DNA of 45,174 nucleotides from Nemertoderma westbladi (Eukaryota > Animalia > Xenacoelomorpha): positions 1-45,174 of the forward strand of contig JAUCBJ010000822.1 of the NCBI GenBank assembly GCA_032718475.1, given 5' to 3'. Position numbers and translations under genes: made by a program. This document shows, piece after piece, positions 12,144-23,600 of the stretch. Each line of letters opens with the position of its first letter. The stretch's first letter is position 1. The notes under the pieces are model-generated. The model did not search any database. It had not been told where the DNA came from and saw only the letters and a list, made by a program, of their open reading frames with translations.

Positions 12144-12799
12144 GGGTGGATTGCCAACATTATGCCTATTGGCCATTAAACATAGAATATGGAGGGAAGG
12201 ACAAGATAGGAAATCAAAATGGAGGCATTCGTCTCAACCCCACATTTGGTCCAGGGCCTGCAGGAATTGATAACCAGGCAATGAATTTCCAGAGTGGTAA
12301 TGTTGTAATTAAACATGGTAAAGAGTTACTCTCAGAAACTTTCACTATGGTTGCCTTCGTAAAATCAGAGGGACCAGTTTCAATATTTCAATATAGAAAG
12401 TGGGCACATCGGGGTAGCTATTTATGGCTATATCCCACAGTAACAAGCCTCTTCTATGATGCACAAAATTTAATTTCATCAACATTTACAATGGCAAATG
12501 CAGCAGAAATGAATGAATGGTATATGGTGGCTATTGCTGTCAATGCAGTGGATAAAAAGGTGATGTTATATAGTCGGAAAGTAGGAAATGTTGAACATCA
12601 GATGATGGAGTTTGATACACAATCAACAGCGAAAGGTACAGAAGATACTAAGAACACACTGCAGATAGGGAGACAAGCAACTGATGGAACTGCGGTTAAA
12701 GGATATATTGCTCATGCCCGCTATTACAGTTGTTTTCAATCTGAAGATCAGATGGAATCAATTTATGATGAAAGCCTAGCTCAAGAAAAAGAGAATTGA
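12144..12799 (+). CDS. Probable terminal coding exon of a host gene with a LamG/concanavalin-A-like (pentraxin-like) domain
   Basis: Splice acceptor ttttgtttgcag ends at 12143 and the frame is open to TGA 12799. Motifs YWPLN..GKD, FTMVAFVK, WYMVAIAV, LQIGR and KGYIAHARYY are typical of LamG-3-like folds. Upstream exons were not located. Confidence 0.7.
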
Positions 12800-13787
12800 A
12801 ACTCAGAAGCAATACAACATTTATTGTTCCAATTGTATATAGTTAGTTGTTAGTTAGGTTTATTGACATTATTAGGTTATAGTTGACATTATAACATCTA
12901 TACATACAAAACACATATACAACAATATATACATATATAACAATACATACATAACATGTAAATATTCACAATAGATAAATCAAAGCACACGATAAACTCC
13001 TAAAAACGTTCAAATATTCATATGAATTTTGTAACTAGGAATTCCTATTAATTATTCAGGGCCAAGTGATTATACAGAACAAAAAAATAATTAAATAAAT
13101 GATTAATGTTAATTATTTATGTCCAGTCATTTATATATAATATCGGCCCATGTGAAGAATACCAGACTTTCTGCCGTTATATTTCACTTTGCTGTTACCC
13201 CCATGTCAAGAATACAAGGTTTTCACCAAAAACACAGGTTACAGAAGGGCCGAATCTAACCAGAACAATAAACGAATTAGTATATGTACAGGTTATAAGA
13301 CAGAAATGTCCGCTATAAAACACTTAATAAAGATAAATTATAAAAAATAAATAATCTTCATATATAAAATTCCAATAAAAAGTCGATCGAAAAGTGAAAT
13401 CCTGGTATTCTGACAAAAGAATCCTGGCAGAAGTAGGCCTATATGTTTAATTACTCTTACATAATCCGGGATATATGGTGTTTTACATGCGCATATTTGG
13501 TGGCACTTCAGTTCTGGATTTATAATATTTCGGTATGTGTGGAATTTTGTGGCAGAGTTTGTTTTATCCAATACACGCTTTAAAATATCCTGGTTAATTA
13601 AAGTTGTCTGGGACCAACCCCGAGCGTCACTAGCCGGGTGTGTCATGAACCTCGCAAAGATTATACGATTGGATAAAAGGAATGTCCACAATAAAATTAA
13701 TTTAAGTAAAATTAAAAAAAAACGTCTGTAAATTATTTTTACATTGAATTAATTGAAATATAATATAATATTATATTATTAGAGTTA

Positions 13788-14249
13788 ATGAATGGGCTTT
13801 CCAGTATTTGGAAGTCACCGAGAATTAATCGGAAACTTAAGGTCCGGTTATTTAGAGCAGCAGTAGTTCCAGTACTCCTCTACGGGAGTCCATGCTGGGC
13901 TCTAACAGCTGAAGACACCAAATCTCTGGATGGCACATTCACAAGAATGCTACGCCGGGTTCGTTGTGTCAAGTACAATGCACGCATCTCCAACCAGACA
14001 CTATATAACATTGGAGGTGTCTCATTGGTTCCCCCAAGCTTGACACTAGAACAAAATCGCCTCCGCTTTGCAGGACATTGCTTTCGCCGTGAGGACCAGC
14101 CAGTGCATAATCTTGTACTTTGGCAGCCTCATGGAGTGAATAAGCATGGTGGACAGCCCATGACTCTCTTGAGACGCATCTTAAAGGACACTGGCCTTGA
14201 AGATGCGAATGATCTAGCAAATGTCATGGGTGGTAGGGAGTTATGGTAG
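13788..14249 (+). pseudogene. RTE-type LINE RT C-terminal fragment
   Basis: KLKVRLFRAAVVPVLLYGS..W..T, LDGTFTRMLRR and RLRFAGHCFR are the RTE post-RT signature. Confidence 0.8.
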
Positions 14250-14719
14250 CGCCATTTTGTCGACAAGCCGGCACAGCATTCTTAAAAATGCAGCTGAATG
14301 CAGCATGCGGATCCTAGTGTAGAATTTGTTGAAGTTCATAGGATGCGAATCAGCCAAAGTCAAAAAACTCAAACATGGCTTTATTAAATGCACTTTTATA
14401 TATAAATAAATTTTTTTTCGTTAGCGTTTTGAAATATATCATATGAAAGAAAATGAATGTTTGTACTTTTGGTAGTTTTCCAGCAAAAAACAACTACCCT
14501 CTTTGGTCCAGTCGGCAACCCGGTCTTTTCTTTCGCTTAAAACATTACCATTTAGAATAATTAGAATAATTTATTGTATCGTGTGGACGGAGTCACTTAA
14601 AGGCCGGCCATACAGTAGTTATAAACTGAAATAACTAAACGAAACGTGTATCGTATGAATTGAAGGAATACCACAAACTGAAACTACATTGCTGAGATGC
14701 AAGACGCACTTTTATGGTA

Positions 14720-15062
14720 AACTATTACATAAGTTGAACTTAGCAAAGGCGATCTTAAATATTTTATGCAACCGAACTTAATGAGGCACTTAGTAAAGTA
14801 GGATTTGAATTTATTTAAGGTGAATTTTCAGCATTGATTACATTCAATATTTAAGTTGAAACTTAAAGATAAGGCTGACCTGAAGTATTAAATGTGACGC
14901 TTAGTTAAGTAGCGCCTTAAAAATATAAGGTGGCACTTAAAATTGTGGATCACCTTAAGTTTCTAAGGTGGCACTTACTTAAGTATGGATGTTGATATTT
15001 AAGGCAACACTTAGGACTTAAGGTGCACCTTAGCTAAGGTTGTTTTATGCAACCGGCCCCAG
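14720..15062. mobile_element. Possible Harbinger-like MITE fragment
   Basis: Internal cttaagg repeats and a terminus ttttatgcaaccggccccag. No matching left TIR was found. Confidence 0.3.
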
Positions 15063-15899
15063 AAGTCTCTAGGGTTGTGCTTATGTCTTTAAGCAAGTTT
15101 AGATAGCTTGTTTTGAAGCTCCTGATTTGTATCTCTGAAGACATAGAACTATTATTTTAGATGACTTTAACGCACCCTGTAGTCTTTCCCTCACATTTAT
15201 GATGGTGCTTTCTCTTCAAAGGTTTGTTACACATTTCTAAGCTACCTAAGTTGACCTGAATGCAACCATGGCGGCTGGAGCTTTTTTTTACCTTTCTTTT
15301 CAGAAGGATATTTTTCCGCGAGTCTACGTTTTCAGGAGTTTATCGAATCTCACAGTGTTCAAGTTTGGAAATTGTTTAGCATTCCAATGCACCATAGCAC
15401 CATAATTATTGTTCAGTTCTTAGAGTTATTTTGCAACCCCCAGCACAAAAAGCTGCAAGCCCAATTTCTTTTTCCACTTAATAGGTAAACCTAAGAATAT
15501 ACTTCTTGTTGTTTCCTATTGCTGGTTGGAGGCCTGGATCTACATTACAATGTAAGACCTGTTACCTTTACAACATCAATAACTGGAGAATAAACGAACA
15601 GATAAATTTGTTCCGTTCTTCATGCCGAGCTCCAGTACATGAAACTGTTGTGTTGTCGGCCAAGAAAATGTGGTCGACTGTATGATATTCCATACTTACC
15701 TCTATAGAATGTAAAGGACCAACAAAGTCATGGGATGACGTACCCTAAATTTCTGTATATTATTATTATTATTCTTTAATCCAGACTTTAGTCCATAAAA
15801 ACATACGTACATTAAACAAAACAAACAGAGCACAATAACAATAAAGCAAGACTATAACTACCCTATGTACATGTACAACCGATGCCGCGTATGCGACTT

Positions 15900-17533
15900 G
15901 TAAAAAAGTTTAGAGTGCAACTGCCCCCACTAATGTATCATTAGATGAATTAGTTCTATTTATTAAAGAAGTTATAGCATTGAAATAAATGTGTATAAAA
16001 CAATAACAAATACACCAAACAATGTACCGGTATAAAGGTATTGTCCAACATAACATATAGGATTACCCCTAAAGCTTCGCAGCTTATTTCCAAGGGGGTC
16101 CTTGAGTTCCGCCGCGACCACAATGCATGACAGTAAAATTGCGTACAAAAACATTGAAATAATTTAATCTTAACACTGGTTGAACATTTATTAAATTTCC
16201 TAATTAGTAAATTACAACGATTATAAAGGCTATGTATGTAATTGGTTCAAAATATCAAAGCTGTCATCAGTTGAGTTGTGAATAATATATATTTATACTT
16301 AGTCACAGCTTCTAAAATTGCACCTTTAATATAAATCTTGTAATTGATTATAATTGAATGTTCAAGTAACTTTAATATATTTCTATTAGTTTTTCATTCC
16401 ATGAAATTAATTGGAAATCAATCCCAAATCATCAGCGTAAATGAGATGATTAGATATTTTACCCCCAAGTTCGCACCCAACGTTAGAATTTGTGAAAAGC
16501 ACACTGAGGTCATCTAGGTACAGACTGTAAAGACGTGATGAGATTATACCTCCCTGTTTAGTTCCATTAGTAACATGGAACCTAGTGGAGATACAACCTC
16601 CCCACCTCACAGTAATAGTCTGCAAACGATACCAAAAACGGAGTACTCGCACAAAAAATATTGGAAATTTACGATCAATAAGTTTAGAAATAATTTATAA
16701 TGATTGACTAAATCGAAGGCTTTGGAACAATGAAGAAATACAGCAGCATATACAGGCTATCTCTTTTAGCTTGTAAACACATAATTATGTACATAGACCT
16801 TTTTTTAAACCAAATTGTGAGTCCGTTGTATGAAGGTGTTCAATATAACGATTAAGATAAATAAGTTCTAGAATTTTACTTCCAGAATTGGATGTAGCAA
16901 TACCTCGATAATTATCAGAGTCGGTTATGTCTGCATTCTTATCCTTGACGAGAGGAATTAGATTGGTGTCCATAAGAGTCTCAGGAATGTATCCGTGAAC
17001 ATTAATAATAGAGAAAAGTAGAGCTAGCTGTACGGATAGGCTAGCGGGACCATGCTTAAAATGCTCACTGACTAATCCATCAGGTACAGCACATTTACCG
17101 CTAGCTAGAGTACTTATACCAACAGACATTTCAACAGGCGAAACAGTCATGTCTTTCGTGTAAATAATATTTAAAAACTTATTTTCAAGTGACAACTTGA
17201 GAGAATCATTGTTCACTGAGTTGTGCAAATTTGAAAATTTATTTTTACAAAAATCACATATTTGCACATCCCCGACGGCACTACCTACTTTACCAGATAA
17301 AGGAGTGTTCAAACCACAATTATTTCTCACATTGCGCCATACATTTTTACTGGTTAAAGAATTCGCAATACGATTGATACAAAGTTGCTGCACCTTAGAC
17401 TTGCACTGACGCATTGCGCGTTTAAATGTTAATTTCGATTTTATGTAATAGTCATAAATTGGACCAAAACGAGGACAGCCATTCGACCTCCAGATTTTAA
17501 AATTAACTCTGGATTCATCATAACGGTCCTTAT
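15900..17533 (-). pseudogene. Degraded non-LTR retrotransposon ORF2 (RT), split by the BEL/Pao insertion
   Basis: LIPLVKDK..DSDNYRGIA, QFGLKK, GTKQGGIIS and HLIYADDL. The reading frame continues across the LTR element from 31945. Confidence 0.85.
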
Positions 17534-18070
17534 TGTTAGCTTATTCAATCCCGCTAACACCCCATAAAGTTATAAGCCGATAAGCAATATTGGGAGCCAC
17601 GAGATTGGATAATTAACCAACTCGTGCCATCCCAATAAGAATGGGAAGGAAGCACACAATAGAGGGTCAGGGGCCAAACCCCTAACCCAGAGAGAATAGG
17701 TGGAGTGAACGGGAACACTCCAAAGGGCGCCAACAAGGGTATCAACCAATCAGAGGGGGGCAAGGCATCGATTAGGTAGTAATTAGGCCAACCGTGCAAT
17801 ATAACCAGTAACCCAATATCAGTAATTCAGTTATCTCAGTGCAGTAGTGCTAGTATAGGTTAGTTAGTTTAGATAGGGGAGCACGGGACTTTAGTTACCG
17901 TATCCCGCCTTCCATATATTATACTATCATCAGATCATATCTATATCTTATACCAATTATATACAGCGAACATCAGAACTCATTTACCGTTTCCATTTAC
18001 TCTTTACACACGGCGGGGACGCATAAGCTAAACACCGGATAAACCGGGATCCCTCCTGGATCCCGTCACA
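17534..18070 (+). repeat. 5' LTR
   Basis: Identical to 31404-31940 except A18023/G31893 by eye. TATA-like TATAA at 17800 and Inr-like TCAGT at 17819-17840. Confidence 0.97.
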
Positions 18071-18138
18071 GTAACTAAATCAGCTGCCGCCCTAGATAAA
18101 CTCAATAACCACTAGCCACCGAAATCTGCAGAAGAGAG

Positions 18139-19632
18139 ATGAGTCGGTCAGGTGATACGACACCGACGCGGACCCCGGACGAAGAGCTAACGATCCGCGA
18201 GGCCGCAACCAGGCGATACAGGCCCACGACGCCGGACCCATCGGTAACGGGTCATCCGGCAGTTCAGGACGAGGGGGACCTGGAACCCGAGGTCGAGCCG
18301 AGAGAAAGAGAGAGCGAGGCGGAGGGAGAAGGAGACGAGTCGACACGGGACGGGGGTCGACGCACCGGTGTCGCCGGCCAGCCACAGGCCGAGAGCGACG
18401 AGCGGCCCACCGAAACGGCGACGGTGGGGCCGACGGTGCGGCCCCGGACGCAGGGAGACGAAGGGGATATCGATACCGATGTCGCCGGCCAGCCACAGGC
18501 CGAGGGCGACGGACGGCCCGCCGGAACGGCGACGGTGGGGCCGCCGGTACGACGTCGAACCCGGAGAGACGGACGAGGGGTCGGCGACGAGGACGTCGGG
18601 GTTTCTGAGCGACTTCGACGGGCCTACAACGCGACCCAGAGACTACTAGATGAAGCCAGAAAGGGGAAAACGATAGACGAGGTAAAACTGAAGTCAGGAC
18701 TAGGTAAGTCGGACAGACATTTATACTATCTAATGCGTTTCGGGCAGAGAGAATTGGCCGAGGAGAGAGCGAGAAAGGTTGCCGAGGAATTGTATGACTC
18801 ATGGGGGTATGGGGGTATACAACCTAGTGTAGTGTACATAGGGCCATATTTAATCGATGCCCGGGGTATAAAATTAATGGGTTGGAACAGACCTGAAGGG
18901 GGCGAATCCGAGGTTAACCCCGAGGATTCGGCCTCGTCGGTCGGAGGGAGTTCCGGGAGGAGGGGGAAAGCTAGTAGATCGGGAAGTTGGAGGGAGTCCG
19001 TCGTAACCGATAAGTCTGCTACATCCTCCGCGAAAGAAAGACTGGTGAGAGAGGCAGGTGCCGCGTACCGTCTCGAGCTGATAGAGCAAGGTCAGAGGGA
19101 AATGGATAAACGGCTAGAGGAGGGGAGAATGCGGCTAGAGAGGGAAGCGGCATTGATTAGAGAAACCGGAGAGAGGGCCGAAAGGGCTTTGAGAGGCCTT
19201 AGGGAGTGTGAAGAGAAGGAGGAAAAGGAGTGTAGGGAACGTGAGGCGAGAGAGGAAAGGGAACGCAAGGAGCGTGAGGCGAGAGAGGAAAGGGAACGCA
19301 AAGAGCGTGAGGTGGAACGTAAGGAGTATGAGGCGAGAAAGGAAAGTGAACGTAAGGAGCGTGAAGCGAGGCGAAGGGAGAGTGCTAGGAAAGTAGTGGA
19401 GCTGGTTGAGCGGGACACGCGGGAGTGTGAGAGGAGAATGACAGGAGCCGAGCGAGACCAGGAGGAATTAAAGAGACGCCAAAGTGAGCTTGGGGAACAT
19501 AGGGTTAGACGCGCGCACGAGCTGCAACTGGTGCGGGCGGGGGTGTCTGAGAGCGAGACAGGCTCGAGTATTTTAGAGGAGCCAGGGGCCGTGGATACAT
19601 TTATTAATACCCCACTTACAGGGACCGCATGA
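18139..19632 (+). CDS. Gag N-terminal region (repeat-rich, long E/R/K coiled coil); probably continuous with downstream gag-pol
   Basis: ATG lies 68 bp after the LTR. 497 aa with an internal 37-aa duplication and a coiled coil. A +1 shift in 19577-19630 joins it to the next ORF. Confidence 0.7.
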   Translation: MSRSGDTTPTRTPDEELTIREAATRRYRPTTPDPSVTGHPAVQDEGDLEPEVEPRERESEAEGEGDESTRDGGRRTGVAGQPQAESDERPTETATVGPTVRPRTQGDEGDIDTDVAGQPQAEGDGRPAGTATVGPPVRRRTRRDGRGVGDEDVGVSERLRRAYNATQRLLDEARKGKTIDEVKLKSGLGKSDRHLYYLMRFGQRELAEERARKVAEELYDSWGYGGIQPSVVYIGPYLIDARGIKLMGWNRPEGGESEVNPEDSASSVGGSSGRRGKASRSGSWRESVVTDKSATSSAKERLVREAGAAYRLELIEQGQREMDKRLEEGRMRLEREAALIRETGERAERALRGLRECEEKEEKECREREAREERERKEREAREERERKEREVERKEYEARKESERKEREARRRESARKVVELVERDTRECERRMTGAERDQEELKRRQSELGEHRVRRAHELQLVRAGVSESETGSSILEEPGAVDTFINTPLTGTA

Positions 19633-19648
19633 CAGACCCAAAACTGGT

Positions 19649-20554
19649 GTGACCGTACGGGCGGGGGGGGGGGGTAATAATGATAATGGTACAGTAGACG
19701 TGGTTAATATTAATAGTACCGTATGGGATAATTCTAATCAAACCTTTATTGCAGGAAATACTTTGCCTAGTGGTAGTAATTTAAATTTAAATCAGAATAA
19801 TCCTAATATTAATGTAGAAAATAATTCTAATATTAACGTAGTTACACAAAATAATTCAAATAATTTAAATAATGATCCAAGCCCGAATTTACAAAATAAT
19901 TCAAATGATTTTATTTCGAACGAACGAATTAATTCCGTTTCCAATATGGGTGCTATTAACGTAAACACGTCGGGCGTGTATAGCCAGACAAACGGGGGCC
20001 TGGTAGGTCATGCAGTTGGTGGGCCGGAAGTAGCTGGGTTAGGTAGACCCAGCGAGGGCCTGGTAGGCCACGCAGTTGGTAGGCAGGAAGAGGCTGGGTT
20101 GAATAGACCCAGCGAGGGCCTGGTAGGCCACGCAGTTGGTAGGCAGGAAGAGGCTGGGTTGAATAGACCCAGCGAGGGCCTGGTAGGCCACACGGTTGGT
20201 AGGCAGGGAGTAGCTGGATTAGGTAGACCGAGCGAGGGCCTGGTAGGCCACGTAGTTGGTAGGCAGGGGGTGGCTGGGTTGAATAGACCCAGCGAGGGCC
20301 TGGTAGGCCACATAGTTGGTAGGCAGGGTGCAGAGGGCCTGGTAGGCCACGTAATAGCAGAGGGAGAGGCGGGGGTGAATAGACCCGACCGTGATAGGGT
20401 TGATGTGTCGACTAGAGAGGGATATAGTAGCGGGATGAGAGATAGCGAAGTTAGATGTGGCGAGTGGGGGGGGGGGGGGCTACGGGAGCCCCACAACAGC
20501 GAGTTAGCGGCAAAAAGGGGGGGCAGAGAGTGTCCCACAGCCGTCAGCGGATAA
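19649..20554 (+). CDS. Gag low-complexity segment (Asn-rich tract and 20-aa tandem repeats)
   Basis: Open frame bounded by poly-G runs and containing GLVGHAVGRQEEAGLNRPSE repeats. Confidence 0.55.
   Translation: MTVRAGGGGNNDNGTVDVVNINSTVWDNSNQTFIAGNTLPSGSNLNLNQNNPNINVENNSNINVVTQNNSNNLNNDPSPNLQNNSNDFISNERINSVSNMGAINVNTSGVYSQTNGGLVGHAVGGPEVAGLGRPSEGLVGHAVGRQEEAGLNRPSEGLVGHAVGRQEEAGLNRPSEGLVGHTVGRQGVAGLGRPSEGLVGHVVGRQGVAGLNRPSEGLVGHIVGRQGAEGLVGHVIAEGEAGVNRPDRDRVDVSTREGYSSGMRDSEVRCGEWGGGGLREPHNSELAAKRGGRECPTAVSG
19995..20350 (+). repeat. 60-bp coding tandem repeat, about 6 copies
   Basis: gagggcctggtaggccac recurs every 60 bp. Confidence 0.93.
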
Positions 20555-20629
20555 TGCGAGGGCCGAAATAGGTAAACCGCAACAACCGGCGACGGAGAGT
20601 AATAGGGGGATTGTGAGTGCCCCAGCGGC

Positions 20630-23600
20630 GTGCGACTGAGTAGAGAGAGACAGGTTGACGTCGTGAGGGGGCGGACGAAGCGTCGAGCCCGATCAGAAGA
20701 GGGAAGAGGAACAGTGGGGTTTAACCGGGAGGTCGACGAGAGATCTCACGAGCGGGAATACTCCACTGATAGGAGAAGAAGAGAAGACAGTAGTAGAAGT
20801 ATCGCCGCAAACGATAGAAGAGCGAGGACGGATAGCGAGCCGTCGGTAGTCGAGATGAGGACAGAGAGTCAGTGGGGTCGGACTCCGGGAGATTGCCGTC
20901 GCCCCGGAGAGATGCGACCCGGCGAGGCGCACTACGCGCCGAGAGAGGGGTACGCGATGTACCGGTACGAAGATGAGAACAGTAGAGAGGGGGGTCGAAG
21001 AGAAACTTTCCGACGGAATACACCTATCGATCGAGAATACGGTAGCCGCGGGGAAGATTATTCGAGAAGAATAAACTTCGATCCCGAACAACACATGCAG
21101 ACTGTAGGACATACTGTAGGCCTTACTGCACATACCATAGGCCATACTGAGAGAGGCAATGTAGGCGATAGGATAGCGTGGACAACGGGATTAAACCCGG
21201 AAGTCGCGGAATACATACCGGCGGGTAGGCCAGAAGCTGATAGGCCTATACCGGTACCAGCACAGCAGTATGACTACAGCATGCAGGGACATAACATATA
21301 CCCAGGGGAGGGGGGAATTATTGCGGATAGGTGTATGGGCCCCAATATATTAACATCAACCCCAGTACCAAACATACCGGTGGGGGGGGAGGGACAGGGT
21401 GACATTCCCCCATCACAATATCAACAATATACCCCGATAGGAGCAAGAACAACGAGACCCTTAGATGAAAATAGGTCGTGTGACACAGAAATATGGAGGG
21501 GGCCACTACCCCCGATGACATACCCAAGTCAGAGAAGATCGAGAAATAGGACGGACGAACCGCACCAGACAGGAGAAACTATACAGCACCCGTCGAATCC
21601 ATTGGAAGCGCAGGCGATGGGGATGGCTACGTTGATCGATGCGTTGAAAACGAGGATCGAGCTACCACCCGTGGAACCATTCAAATTCGATGGGAGTAGG
21701 CCGGAAGAATATCTACAGTTTCGGCGCATGTATAGTAACGAAATACTAACAAAAAACTTGACGCAGGCGGAGTGCCTAAAGTATCTGCAAGTATATACGG
21801 GAGGCCCAGCATACGATATCGTGAGGCAATATCAAGGAATAGAGGGCGGCTTCACGACAGCATGGCGGGCACTGGATAGGGAATACGGGCACCCGGCCAA
21901 GATTATCAGGCAGACGCTGAGGGGCATAACATCGGGTGGCCTACAGGATAACCCCGTTAGCATTAAGACGTTCGCTAACAAAGTCGAAAAGGCGCTAATC
22001 GTGCTGAAGACGCTAGACGCGCCGTACGAGCTCAATGCATCCAACAACATCACCACGATAGCGCAGACACTACCAAACTGGCTGCGCAATAAGTGGAGGA
22101 AAATCGCCTTCTCCACTCGAGATAAGAAGGGTGCGGAACCGGGTTTAGAAGAAATGTCAAACTTCTTAAACTACGGGGCTGAACTGATAACTGACCCAGT
22201 TTATAGCGAAGACAGCCTGGGAAAGGGACCGAAGACAGACTATCATAGACCGAAACCAGAGCACAATACATCAAACGCATTACCGAGACTCAGGCAATCA
22301 TTGCCATATGCAGCGACGCAGGGGACTACAAGTCCACAGCTAGCCGAAGATAAAACAACACCGTGGAACGGACAGGGAAACAATAACAACACAAATAAAC
22401 ATAACCCCAGTACGTCCAGTAGGCAAAATCCAAACAATAAGAATAGTAGGGACTTTGGTACAAACGCAACTGCGATACGCAACGCACTGTATAAAGAGGG
22501 CTACGACCCAAAGAGCAAATGCCAGCTACACGCAAATGCGCTTCATCAAACCATGAACTGCAGGTACTGGCAGGCGCTACCTAGGCAAGATCAGATAGAT
22601 TATGCGTTCAGCAATAAAATCTGCTCGCGATGTGTAATGAGTGGACATAGAGCAAGGGAGTGCAAGGAGAAGCCAATGAAATTTGGTCAAAGGAGAGGCC
22701 AAACGATGGCGACGAGCACAGTAGGGGCGAAGAAGAGGGGAACGGTGCTACTTGGAGTAGTACCAGTGCGAGTGATCGGGGAAGGCAATCGATCAGTAAC
22801 AACACTAATGCTGGTTGATAGTGGAGCTGCCTTCACATTAGTCGAGGAATGGGTGGCCGTGGAGATAGGATTGAGAACGAGGCCAAGCAGGATGGCGGTA
22901 ACAACCATCTCTAGCAAAGATGAGGTCCTGGAGATGAGAACAGGACGGTGCGCAATTGCAGCAGTGGCACCAGGATGCGACTATGGGGCAACCATCGACC
23001 CCATCCAAGTGATAGAGTCAATTAATATTAATGCCAGGCGACCAACCAACATCGAGGTCGAGCAGTATAAATTTCTGGACGACATTGACTTCTCAATCCC
23101 AGACGTGGACGTTAGGAAGGTGTCCATCATAGTAGGCATGGACTGCCCAACGGCCCACGAAAGAATGCAAACGGTCTTCGGCGAAGACAAGCAGAGTGAC
23201 CCGGTGGCAATTTTAACACCATTCGGGTGGACGCTCAGTGGTCCGATCAAGAGTAAGATACCATTTAGGATGTCGGAGACATCAAGATGCATGTTCACAG
23301 GAACAATGCAGGAAATGGGTGACGAGGGAGCAGAAGAGCAGCTTAAAAGACTGCTCAGACAGGATTTCGAGGGACTGAAAGAAACCGGAGTCGGGACCTC
23401 AGTAGAAGACAAGCAGGCTCTACAAAGCGTGGAGGAATCAATGACATGCGATGAGGGACGGTATACTATAGGAATGGTATGGAAACTACCGAAGATACCG
23501 CTGCCCGACAATAGGGGGATGGTACTCACGAGGCTCCGCAAACTGAAACAAACACTAAAACGGAGCCCCGAGAAGAATGAGTACATCCACAGAACAATTA

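Noticed and set aside
17554-17799. 81-aa antisense ORF, duplicated at 31424..31669
   Set aside because: It lies inside the LTRs, so the duplication only reflects LTR identity; it has no recognisable motifs.
18071-18075. GTAAC after the 5' LTR equals the TSD of the solo LTR
   Set aside because: The solo LTR is in the opposite orientation and its GTAAC belongs to the LINE coding sequence (VT), so this is a coincidence.
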